DNA of 63,092 nt, the filler included, from Phoronis australis (taxonomy: Eukaryota > Animalia > Phoronida): the NCBI GenBank assembly GCA_002633005.1. It is 5 parts of 5 records of this genome, joined end to end, with 100 filler letters (N's around TTAATTAATTAA, not from the genome) between each part and the next. Parts side by side here need not be neighbours in the genome. Positions count along the whole stretch, not along the records: positions 46,043 to 56,562 come from NMRA01001750.1; positions 56,663 to 59,476 come from NMRA01000525.1; positions 59,577 to 63,092 come from NMRA01002975.1; 2 more parts are not named here. One strand, written 5' to 3'. The stretch's first letter is position 1; every line of letters begins with the position of its first letter. Positions 49,678 through 61,879 of this stretch are shown one piece after another. The notes under the pieces were generated by a model, which made no database searches, was not told the DNA's origin, and worked only from the letters and a program-made list of their open reading frames with translations. A program made the translations under genes and the position numbers.

Positions 49678-52600
49678 CCTAGAACGGGTTGGCGCTGTGT
49701 TTAGTAGTAGTAATGAGGACGCTGTTTGCCCTGGGGCAACTTGACACACGTGTGACTACTTATTTGACACCATCGGGTTACGGTAACTTGTTTAAAGTAA
49801 CTTGTCCCAGCGCAAGGCGTGGACTCAAACCAGCAGGCAAGGCAGGGCTGTGCACTTGATTACATGTAGATCAGTTACACACATTGGTGTCTCATCATTT
49901 CTGCGTCATACTTGTGGCAATGTGCAAGGTGCAGGTGTAGAGGGGACGATCGATCGAATACTGTGCCAAATTGTTCAAGGGCAAGTTGTTGTGGGAACTC
50001 GTAGTGTGTAAATGGCTTTACTAATAGCTGCTATAACCACAACTAAAATTTTGGGTTGCCGCGGCGCCAGAGGTCATTTTACCTGCTCAGTATACGATTC
50101 AGAGAATAACGATATTCCTTGTAATCTAAGAAAGGAACAAATTGAGATCGATTTTATAGCGGTAAGTGGACCAAAGCTTCGCTTTTGAAGGCTCGATCGT
50201 ATCCGCCTTTAATCCGGGAAACACGCAACAGTAGGCTTACACATGTAGCAAATATAAGTTAATGAATTCAAGTGGTTCTTCTCTGTTCACATTGCGATGT
50301 TATAGGCAATAGAACTAGTTTTCTTAACTGCATAACAGACGTCAATTTCACCCGGGACTCTTACGAATACTGTGGTTTTATGCACTTCATTCGTTTATTA
50401 TTTGATAACCAGCGTTAACTTTTTGAACGACGACCTTCCATCTTCGGTCAGGAAGGTTGGGAGTGCCGCTGTTTTAAATATTGTGAAGTCAAAACCTTTA
50501 GCTACAACGAAAATGAAATTTTATTAATCTACCGAGGCATATGCCACCTACGTCATACATTTTTAAAAGAGCTGGTGAGCTATCATAAAGCAACGAAAAC
50601 TGGGCTCGTATGACTCTCGGTTGTTTTGAGAATCGACAAAAAAGGTTACTACATTTAGAATTTGTTTTTATAACCAATGTCGGAGCCTGAGCGACAGACA
50701 CAAATGGCATTAGAAGAAATGAAATTAAAATATAAAATAAAAATATTGACAATTAAACCGGAACAGCAACGTGAAATTTTTCAATTAATCATCACACAGG
50801 TACAGGAACCAGGATTTAAAGGATTATTGTCGTTTTTGAGACCGAGAAACGCAATTTTGGATTATTGTTCAAAGGGATAGACTTCTTGAAGTTATTAGCT
50901 TTCACCAGAGCTCTTTACAACAAAATCCGTTTTTGGTGATTTTATTGTAAATCGCCAATTCTCGACAATGTCTGCGAGTCATTCGCTGAAATCAAGACCG
51001 TTAAAATAATCTGATATTTAACGCGTGGAATTAAGTTCTGCGGTACAGCGTTTGGTTGCCTCTGCTGCTGAGACAATGGGTTCTATTCCGCGCTACTGTT
51101 AATTTCGGTAAAATTAGTTTTCTTGCCGAGAATGTTCTTTTAAAGATACCAGTAGATTCACCCTGTCAGACATCAGAATAGAGAGCCTATGACGTCAGAG
51201 TAGAAGAATGAATGCATGCCAAAATAAGTCCTGGGGTCTGTTTCATGGAATGTGACAGAAGTTTGGTCTTGCACTACCACAACAAAATTGGCAAATAAAG
51301 GTATGGAAATGCAATTATTAGCACGTCACTGCCTGGATGTAATTTGTGCGCGTTTTCTCAGTTAATAGCAATTACTAATTTATTCTCAGATATTCTTTTG
51401 CTTAACTCGGTTTAAATTATTTTTCAGAAATAGTTATGTGGAGCGTAAGACCAGATTTCTGTCTACGAACTCCTGGTTTTATGGATATGATAAATATTTT
51501 CATTGTCACTAGACCTACTATGTTTATTGTGAACCTGATTCACCTGTTGCTATGCCAAGGATACATTGTATACAACTATACATACATGGCAGGTCTAATC
51601 TATAAGTCCATGCAGTTTGAATCAGCTCGAAGCTGAGTGCATGCAGCCAAAACTGGCATACCTATTTGCTAGCAACATATTTCATCATGCAGCCGGCTGA
51701 GTTCACTGCAAATGGCAACTGACGAGATCCAATGAACTCCGCAAAGAGATACGCAATACAGTGACTTGAAAGTAACGAAACACAAGTCGTTGCATAAGGA
51801 CATGGTAAATATACATGTTTATCCAACGCGCGTTGAATCTGTCGAGGGAAATACGGCCATGTAATGAAGTTTTCCGTATTCACCTCTCGCACTGCTTCAC
51901 CAGCAACCTCTGACATGGAATGTTCAAAAGGTACGTCAATGTCGACTCGACGTCTTCAGCCGGTTCGATCATCAAACTTTCGGAATATAGTTTAAAGTAA
52001 TACAGTTGCAACAGTGTAACTAACACTCGACATGCAACCAGCCCTAAACGTAAAATCTGGAACAAAACTGTTAATTATAAGACACTTTCTCTCAGTTTTC
52101 AATTGCTGAATACTATATCGTCTGCAACTCAGGCGCCGATTTCTAGGAAATTAAAATATCAAAAATTGTTGTTTTGTAACTATTTCCAGGAGACGTTACA
52201 AGTTCACTGCTCAGTTGCCGTTGTTTTTATCTTTACTACCTCTTTTCAAGAAATAAATCGTTACTTTTAAAACTGTTTCTTTTTCAAGAGAAAACTTGCA
52301 ACCTAACGCGCAAGTACATACATATAGGATGTGATCCGCCATGTGAACAGTCTGGGTGAAGCATTTGAAAAATCTGCCGAAAAAATGTAAGGAACTTAGG
52401 TATTCGAAGCGCATGGGATATATACAAAACGTACCTCGATTGGCGTACATGAAGTAATATCCCACTCAACCTTATGGTGGCACTGAATAGTTAGGCTGTG
52501 GCCGCGGCCAATTTGCACTGCCAAAATATTAAAATTTTGGGGTAGGCCAAGTTTGGGGTCATTTTGTAGGTAGGAATTGCATGTAAGCTCAGCGAATGTG

Positions 52601-53851
52601 GTTTGTTTGTATTTCTGAACATGCTGAGAATGAAAAAAGGCCACTTTCTTGGCTGTAGCTGCACTCTTCTTCAAGATGGTGGCCCTGTGTTGCAATTGTG
52701 CATCGCTGTGTAGCAACTGAGAAATTGGCCGTGATTTCAGGTAGCCCTCAAACAAGCCAGATTTGCAAAAAAAAAACTAGTTGGTTGACAGTACTTTTTG
52801 GACCAAATTTTTGGAATTGTTAGGAAATTTGCTTTCGCAATGTAATGTTGGCTTTAGTCAAGCATCGGCAGGGAAGTGGTGACTTTGGAATGAAAAGTGC
52901 CGATTTTGCAATTTTTGCCCTTATTTTTCTTAGTTCAGCTTGGTTTCCACTGGGAGTGAAAGGGTCAAAAATACAAGAGAGTACAATGTTTCTGTGCTCA
53001 TCTGTAGGGCTTGTGATGTGAAATGACTCAAAACTTTTGTTTATTTGCATGCAGTTTTTGACAGAGTGAAAAAAGGGNAGTGAAGAAAGGGTGAAGAGTG
53101 CATTGACGTGTGTTCTGACAGGCAAACCCCTGTGAGAACTGTTCTGTGCCCCCTATACGCCAGATGTCATTTTGCAAGCGCAAAGTGATTGGACACTGAG
53201 TTACTTCGCGACAAGAACAACAGACGGAGCGAAGTTGTACGTAGGCCTACTCTACTCAACGATAAAGTCCATCAAATTACGACTTTTAAAGAGGATATGA
53301 TCCCGCATTTCGTCAAACTAGTGAATTTTTTTCAGACTACTTACCGCCATAAAAATAGTTACACTTTGCTCCTTCTGCAGGTGGGAAGCGATATTTGGGT
53401 TCGCAAAGAATTATAACAGTTCGTTATTCCGGCCACCAGACCATGCCTGGCGCTTAAAATGGCACTCCGTGACAAGCCAACAGGTAGAGTATGGGGTCAA
53501 CCTCATGAAAAGTGACTTAGATTGAAGTCTAAAATTCATACACCCGTTTTTTTGAAAATGAGCAAACGTGCTGAGTCGTTGAGAGTGTACAATTAACTTC
53601 TACATACAGCTATTGAGATATTTTCTACACACTATTTCTAAACTAGCTGCGACAATTCTGTTCTTGGGCACCTATGGTTCAATAGGGTCAGTGCTCAATT
53701 TGACGACCTGCAGCTAGCCAATGCGATCTCAGTTTGTGGCGACCTAACAAAAGTTCCAAGTCGCCGTGCACACATCCAAGTACGCGATCAAAATACTACA
53801 GGAAGTAGACAGACGGGAGTCGGAATTGTCCAGCAAACACCGATGGTCAGT

Positions 53852-54125
53852 ATAATCCGGAACGCCTTTGGTACTTTCGTAGCCTCAAATTATCTCTTGT
53901 TGGAACTGTTTCATATCTGCACATGGGCGACTTTCATTCCCTACTGCAAGTCAAGTGACTCTCAGAATGGAGAATTTCAAATGAGCCGGGATTACCCGGT
54001 GAGAACAGGCATGAATGACCAAACTCTTTGCTGCAGTGATTGAATTTCGCACATGCGCAGATGTGAAACATCCCCGAAGGGTAATTTGAAGCCACGAAAA
54101 AAAAAACGAGGTGCTTCGGATCACG
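53852..54125. repeat. Imperfect ~270-bp inverted repeat (MITE-like)
   Basis: cgtagcctcaaattatc..tgtttcatatctgcacatg vs catgcgcagatgtgaaaca..gtaatttgaagccacg. Confidence 0.65.
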
Positions 54126-56562
54126 CATAAAGACAATGTGTGTGTGATGTCCTGCTTTTTCCTCTGACAGGAGCTGATCCTGGGTGGAATATTAGGTCTG
54201 AAGACACCGAACAAACGACGGATTCCTAATTTTCCATTCGACTAAAACAACGCCGGCGGATTGCTCAGTGTCCCGACGGGCGGCAATATGTTTCGTTTTT
54301 ATCACGTTCTGACTGTTGTCATCTATGGGTTGTTTTTGGAGATCCGGACTTCCCGTCCCCGCATACGGGATTGACTTGTTTCGACGAGATCAATTCCCAT
54401 ATTTCGACATGGAAATTTGGCGAGCTGACATGTCAAGCCTGGATTCCAGAGAGTAAGAATAACCATCTTGAAACGGCATTTTGCATTTAATATGGAATAA
54501 CGCTTACCCAAATCGTCAACTAGGTTGAACTGACTGAGCCAGCATCCTGTAAATCCCGACAAAGGTCCGCCAATGTTTGTCACATGCGACATCAAGATGG
54601 CGTCGTCCGTAAACGAGAACCCAGGAACCGAATAATAATTTTGCCCATCACCAGCATCAAATCCAATCTAGAAAACAGTCGACGATAACGCATTTGTATT
54701 GAAAAATGCGATTCTAGGGGTAATGCTGCTTCAAAGTGAGGCTTGGTTGGTATAAGTAATTAGATAATTGATTTGTTAAGTAACTTCGATTCCACTGAAT
54801 GGTTTGATGGAAATAGAGATTGCCATTGGTAGTCTACTGTGAACCTGCTTTACTAACTAGATGATTTTTTACAAAGGTGCTATGTCATGGAGACATTTGT
54901 ACGCACCTATTGTTTGAGCCAGCCCAAATGCATAGAATCAGCTAATGCTCGAATTTATGTTAAATTGATTCACGTATGCTGGGAAAACAGGGAACCTATG
55001 AGGGCCGGAACATCTACTTGCTATTCCGCAATCGGTGTAATCTGATTGTGAGATCACTGTACTAGAGGCCCATACAATACCCCAAGGTTTCAAAAGTGAC
55101 AATACTATGGTTCTGTACAAGAGATTCTAGAGGCTCAGAACCAGTATCGCGCCTATGGACAGACTTGTTGTATTGACACGGGCGTAATTTTAAACGTTTC
55201 ACCAAAAACATTCTGATAAATAACAATATAAAGCGACTTAGCTTAAAACTGCTTTCTTCACCCAACATAACATTGACATCGCTAAACCGTTTTAACCGAG
55301 TTAATTAGGGTATTTCATCTACGGTTGCTGTCGTTTTTCAAATGCATTCTGGGGAACTTGTCGGCTTCCAAACATCCGGATGACTTCAAAGAAAACTTGG
55401 AGACGTGGACTATGTTCCGTAAACACGAGAATGTAGCCAATAAAGCTTTGTTGATCATTTGCTTAGCTTGTGATGACCATCGATATGTCATGAAGACTTG
55501 CATAACTTGAATTATCGCAAGTTTTAGGACTTGTACCATTTACTTGCAAAAACCTTTTATAGTGAAGATGACGACAGCTGCCACAGCCTCGTCCCCAAGC
55601 GTCAAGATGGCGCTGATCGATTTTGCCCCATTTGAGTCTTGGTGAGGAGAAATTTTTTCGCAGAATTCTGATATATTTTTACGGAAATCGCCGGAATATC
55701 ACGAATAGTATTAAGTTATATCACCTCTGCAATTTGCTGTAGTAATACATAATAATCAAAATGAGCAGTATCCATACAGCAATTTAGGTTTGCTTAATTG
55801 AAAAATTGATATGTTTGAATTCAAACGTAGGACAACTTCTATGTACAGTAGCTTTCAATAAATTAGAATTGATAATAAGCATGCGAGCACAAACAAAAAC
55901 GACATAAAAGTCTTCCATATCACGAACGGTAGCAACAAGAACGCCTGTAAAAATAGCTTAAGTCTGCCTTCCGTTCAGTAACGCGCAGACCCCACTAAAA
56001 AGCGAGACTTTGCGAGATTACGTGAGATATTGCCGTGTATTTTAAATGAGATCACGTGACTTTGGCTAGATTTTAACTAGGTCCTAACATTACTGAACGC
56101 ACGCCTGGTTTGGATCTTGTTTAGTTTCCGGTAAAATACTCAAATGTTTAGTCCCATCAAACAATTAAGGACAGGAATCTTTAAGGACTGGTATTTAAGT
56201 ATTCCGAGATTCAAGTGTTTGAAGGTTTCTTATGTCGCTCTTGCCAGCGGATAACGTCGTCTACGGCCAATCAGTGCGCAGAAGGGAAACCTCCTCAACA
56301 AGCCTCAATGGGGCTATTCGGAAAATTTACATTAGCAAGAGGGCGCGCGTGTACTAGAGTGATAAATTAAGCAGCCTCGATTTCGAGAGCCCTTCAAATA
56401 CATGGTGAAATGGCTTGTAGCCGTGCCAACTGAATCTGAGATTGCGTGAAAAGGGTTCTTCCGTGAGAGGAAGTAAGCACGACCTTATACAAAGGTAAGG
56501 TTTGTGATTATTTTAACGATTATTCCATGTTTATTCTACTAATGCCTGTTAACTGAGGTACT

Positions 56563-56662
56563 NNNNNNNNNNNNNNNNNNNNNNNNNNNNNNNNNNNNNN
56601 NNNNNNTTAATTAATTAANNNNNNNNNNNNNNNNNNNNNNNNNNNNNNNNNNNNNNNNNNNN
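56563..56662. other. Artificial contig spacer
   Basis: N44-TTAATTAATTAA-N44. Confidence 0.95.
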
Positions 56663-56811
56663 AATTCAATGCCCACGCAACCTTAAGCCCGTTCAGTGCC
56701 CACACAACCTTAATCCCGTTCAATGCCCACACAACCTTAAGCCAATTCAATGCCCACACAACCTTAAGCCAATTCAATGCCCACGCAACCTTAAGCCAGT
56801 TCATTGCCCAC
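56663..56811. repeat. 27-bp tandem repeat (aattcaatgcccacgcaaccttaagcc)
   Basis: ~5.5 units at contig start. Confidence 0.95.
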
Positions 56812-57489
56812 AAACATACACACACCATACAGTTGTTGCATGATCGACTCGTACTCCTGGGGTTTTAGCCTGTCCCACCACCAGCCTAACCATTGCCGAT
56901 TTGTGACAAACGCGCGTCATGCACAGTCCTGTGGTGCTCAGCTGTCGTTCGTATGGACATAATCCTACGATTTAAATGGCTGGGGCACGATTTTCGTCAA
57001 CAACGACGTATGTAGGAAGGTGAGTCTCATAGAACCAGGGGCTGTAGGCGAGGGGAGACGTGGGGATGTCGTCCACTCAATTTACAGCCAGCAATCTCTT
57101 AATCCCTCAGTAAAACTCCATATACCGCCATTAAGCGGTCTAAATTTTAGGAAAAGTTTGCCGGATGTTTCATTCCTGCTAAAGTAGCAGTACTTACATC
57201 CTTGGTTTTTCTTCATGTTAAGTGCCCTCNAGTCGAATAAACGATCACTGTTCTCATCTTGTGTTACTTGATTTATAGTCAAACTACCCACGAAATAACT
57301 CAACAGAGTTCGTGAATCACTATCTTTTAAAAGAATCTAGAGGACAATTTTAATCAAAAAGAAATCCAAAAAGAGTGAAGAACAACGGAAATGTGAAGAA
57401 TAGAATTAAGTAGTAGCCCTACAAGAAGTTCTTAAAAAACATCCATCATCAAAATGTCTTGAACATATATATATAAAGTCTTATTTTCA

Positions 57490-57603
57490 TTAACGTTTAT
57501 AGAAGACGTAAGGCCGATTATGGGGTCCCCGTACGCTATGGAAGCTAACGCCTTTGCATTTCGCCTGTGTGGCCGAACACCCGGCCACACAGCAACCGAC
57601 CAT
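57490..57603 (-). pseudogene. THAP zinc-finger N-terminal fragment (probably transposon-derived)
   Basis: MVGCCVAGCSATQAKCKGVSFH = M-x2-CC-V-x-GC...GVSFH THAP pattern; rest of the domain absent. Confidence 0.6.
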
Positions 57604-59243
57604 GATTAGCAGACGACGTACTTGCCGGAAATAGCACCAGCTAATTTGGCCAGGTGACGCTAGTGAATAATGATATAACGGCTTGTGCGAAACGGCACAG
57701 ATTTCGTCCATTGAAAGTATACGGAGTTGGTGGTCCATGTACTATAGTCTATGATTGCATAACAAGCATCCNCAAAAAGGTCCCCCTCAGAGAAACATAA
57801 ACTCCGAAAAAGTAGAAAACGTCCACTAAAAAGACAGGAACTGCCAAATTTCTGCGAAAGCACAATTCATAGCTCTGAACGAACCACGTGAATCTTAATA
57901 AAAGGTCCACATTCTCAAAAATTCGAGACCCCCCCACTTTTAAGTTGGGTGCGCGCATGCATAAAATTATCAAACTCTGACTCTCCAGAATTTAATGTAT
58001 AATTGTTATAGTATAATTGTTATTGCGGAACATGACGGCTAAAGTAGCATGGAGATTAATTACATAAATTCTAACATCATAAAAACATAAGACGCTTCAC
58101 ATGTCAGATTTCCTATACATGTAGCTATCTCGTTATAAAGTACAGATCAAGATCTTGCGTTTTGTGAAGAAAGGTTTCCTGTAGTAAGCGCCTCCTTGTC
58201 TGCGATTTACGAGCTGTGAACGATATTTAGCCGTTCCTTGACAATTCTACCCGAACATGTGAAAACTGCGCCGGCAGATAGTAATTATATACATGATTGG
58301 AATTTGCAAATCTGTAGACAGAGTTACGTGCAATACATATAAGTCTATCAGAAAGGGATTAAGGACGCTATACGACACCGGTAAATTTGCTCTATGTATC
58401 CCTAGAAGACTGAAGAAAAAATTTGTGACGTACAATACGCTAACAGACAGCTCAATGAACAGATGCCGATGTGACAGAACAGTCACGTTTTCGTTCGAAT
58501 TAAAAAAGTATTTACCCGTTCACAATAACCGGCTTTTCTCTTGACAATGCCTCAAGCTCACTCGCCACTATGTAGTTAGACAGAGAGTAATAGGCCCATT
58601 TTAACAGCGGTGACTTCGCGTCGAACACGTGTTTCAAGTGTTTTACACAGGCCGGAGGCGACTTCAGATACGCTGCACCAACGAGCTTGGAAATGGATTT
58701 GCCGTGGTTTCTTCCACCTACATGCATGAATGCAGTAAATTATGCCTTCTACACTGACAACTTGAACTTGAAGAAGCGAGACATTATAGTCACCATTAAG
58801 GTAATGCAGGACTCTTTCGACAAGTTTGTGCACTCAGCCAAATATCTCCAAAATATAAAATTTAACTCAGCAAAAATTACATATCTTATGAAAATAGAAT
58901 GCCCCTAGTGCCAAATAACTTTATCAAAATTTAACAAAAAAGGAAGGTACGTTCATAGCAAAACAACGGCATCGATAACCCGATCGTTCGATATAAATTT
59001 CCTCAATATGAAATTTCAAGAAGGCTGTTACAGTTTTCTGAAATTATAATTTCGTTTTCGTTCCAAGTGAATTTTGATTCTTTTTTGTAAAATCATAAAA
59101 TACTTATTTTGATAGCCCCAAAGTTGGGTCGTTTTAAAAATCCTAAGCATGTTTTGAAGAACAGTGCGCAAAGAATGATATCCGAAAGTTTCATTTGAAT
59201 CAGATCAGACATTTCAGGATAATGTGGACATTTTTAAACGGTT

Positions 59244-59476
59244 CCACACAACCTTAAGCCAGTTCAATGCCCACACAACCTTAAGCCCGTTCAATGCCCA
59301 CACAACCTTAAGCCAATTCAATGCCCACGCAACCTTAAGCCAATTCAATGCCCACGCAACCTTAAGCCAATTCAATGCCCACGCAACCTTAAGCCAATTC
59401 AATGCCCACGCAACCTTAAGCCAATTCAATGCCCACGCAACCTTAAGCCAATTCAATGCCCACGCAACCTTAAGCC
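59244..59476. repeat. 27-bp tandem repeat, same unit and orientation as 56663-56811
   Basis: ~8.5 units running into contig end. Confidence 0.95.
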
Positions 59477-59576
59477 NNNNNNNNNNNNNNNNNNNNNNNN
59501 NNNNNNNNNNNNNNNNNNNNTTAATTAATTAANNNNNNNNNNNNNNNNNNNNNNNNNNNNNNNNNNNNNNNNNNNN
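59477..59576. other. Artificial contig spacer
   Basis: N44-TTAATTAATTAA-N44. Confidence 0.95.
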
Positions 59577-59733
59577 AGGTGGTACCATGCTGAGTGAGCT
59601 AGCTGCGGGCGGCGAGGGTGCCGATAAAGTCGATGATATCCTGAACAGCAGTAACAAACGGTTTGGGGCAATCACAGAGCAAATCAGGAAACGTGCTGAC
59701 AAGATTGCGCTGACTAAACAGAGGTCGAAGGAG
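59577..59733 (+). CDS. Partial exon of a spectraplakin (Shot/MACF1/dystonin family), spectrin repeat
   Basis: GGTMLSELAAGGEGADKVDDILNSSNKRFGAITEQIRKRADKIALTKQRSKE then gtcagt donor; resembles the GEGA...N.RF.AI.EQ..RKAE.I.L.KQRS.E segment I recall from invertebrate Shot/MACF proteins; 5' end cut by spacer. Confidence 0.75.
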
Positions 59734-59831
59734 GTCAGTTTTAACCACATGGTCATTGTCTCAAATCAGCCTTGCTCATCATATGAATATGCTCTGACAA
59801 GATCATTATCTCAAGTCAGCCTTGAAAGTGT

Positions 59832-61441
59832 TATCACCCATATAAATATGTGGACGCATTATGCCGTCATCTCCGTCCGTGCGGTGTCCGGCATCTATCC
59901 GGCGTCGGCTGCTCTATCTCCAAAACGCTTTGACGTACGTTCATGAAATTTTGCGCATATGTTTCTATCATGGATGGGACGGCACGAGCGAACTTTCGGA
60001 CGGATCCAAGTACCGGTGTGCCCCCTAGTGGCAATTTTAGTATTTTGCACTTACCTCTATATCTTCAAAGGTCTTGAACGTATTTTCATAAAATTTGGCG
60101 TATATGTGAGGTGACGCTATCCTCTCGTTTTCGGATGGATTTGACGTTTTTTTGGCGTCCAACCCTCTATCAACCAAACCACTCTTAAGATGATCGTGGA
60201 AATTGGCATGTATGTTTTTATTATGAAGAGGACGGCTGACGATGATTTTCCAACGATTTCGACTACTGTGGCACCTGCTAATGGCAGTCTCTTTTTGCGC
60301 CCATGCCTGTATCTCCGAAACAATTGACAAGATCTTTACTGAATTCTGCAAGCGTATTAATGCTGTTGACAAGGGATGACAACAACTTTAGCACAGATCT
60401 GACTACCGGTGTGCCCCCTAGTGGCAATTTATGTTTTTTACGTTTACCTCTGTATATTCAAAGGTCCTCAAGGTATTTTCATAAAATTTGAAATATAGGC
60501 ACCTAGTAGTGAGATGAAGCTATCTTTCCATTTTCGGATGGATTTGACATAGTTTGCGCCACCTAGTGGCCATTTTTATTGTTTTTTAGTCTGTTTTTTG
60601 GTGTCCACTCCTGCGTCAACCAAACCGCACTAAGGATGATTGTGAAAATTGGCATGTATGTTCTTATTACGAAGCTGACGATGATTTACCAATGACTTCG
60701 ACTTCTATGGCGCCTCCTAGTGGCAGTTTTGTTTTTTTTGTGCCCATGGCTGTATCGGTTTGTAGCATTTTTGCTATATTTAACAAGTGTATTTATATGA
60801 AGTTAACAACGGATGACAACAACTTTCGGACGGATCTGACAACCAGAGTGCCCCATAGTGGCATTTTTCACGTTTTAGGCTTACCTCTGTATCTTCAAAG
60901 GTCCTCACTGGATTATCAGAAAGTTTGGAATACAGACATTTAGTGGTGAGATGATGCTATCCTCCCGCTTTGGGATGGAATCGAGGAAGTTTTGCACCAC
61001 CTAGTGGCCATTATTCCTGTTTTCGAGTCTTGTTTTTTGGCGTCCACCCCTTGATCAACCAAACCATTCTGAGGATGACTTTGAAAATTGGTATACGGTA
61101 TATGTTCTCAGTGTGAATTTGGTTTTCGTCCATAGCTATATCTCTTAAACACAAAGCAGGATCTTTATTGAATTTAGACGGATCCGACAAGCGCTGTGCC
61201 ACCTAGTGGCAATTTCATTTTTTCTGTTTTGCTTGGTTTCTGAAAAGTTACATGACAGATTTGAATGAAGTTCATAAGTAACTTTCTATTAAAGAAATGA
61301 TGGCGTTAACCCCTTTTTGGATGGATTCGACGTACATTGTGCTATCTTGTGGCCCTTTTATGATACCAATAATGACTCCTATATGCACACCGTTCGTTGT
61401 GCCTTAATGGGTGCATTTTTACGCTCCTCGTTGCTCTTGTT
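59832..61441 (+). mobile_element. HINE, ~1.6-kb near-full-length copy in the spectraplakin intron
   Basis: 5' cccata-taaa-tatgtggacgcat then ctccgtccgt; ctagtggc units at ~60026, 60418, 60564, 60717, 60855, 61001, 61203; 3' tgggtgcat..acgctcctcgttgctcttgttt. Confidence 0.85.
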
Positions 61442-61879
61442 TACGAAAAGTTACAAGGAAAATCCTCAGAAAGGTGATAAACCCAATGTCCCGGATTTAG
61501 CTATGATGTGCAGTTTAGTTTTCTTAGTTTGTGATGATGAACACTGCAGGATAGTTCAAATCCCTTTCACCTCGTTTAGTTGTGAGGGATCGCGGCACTT
61601 GCCCATAATGAATCAATTTCTATAGGTTGTGGGCGCCTTACAAGTAAAGGAAACGACGTTTTTCGACAACGCGGTCTCTCATTTTAATGACAACATAGAC
61701 CTTCGTTATGTCGGTACTGCTTAATATATTCATACGCAAATATGTACGTGATGCGGCCCCGTGATTCATATCAAAGAAATATAATATAATTATGTTAAAA
61801 TATAATATAATTATGTTAAAATATATAATTATGTTAAAATACAAGCACTATGTCAAGTTGTATCTTCAGTAGTGCACTT

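Noticed and set aside
54590-56500. YY1-like CAAGATGGCG sites, CCAAT box and a gtaagg donor at ~56495 suggesting a promoter/first exon
   Set aside because: No supporting ORF or downstream exon; such motifs also occur inside transposons here.
59214-59532. Repetitive ORFs NWLKVAWAL / FNAHATLSQ
   Set aside because: Translation of a 27-bp satellite; open only because the unit is a multiple of three.
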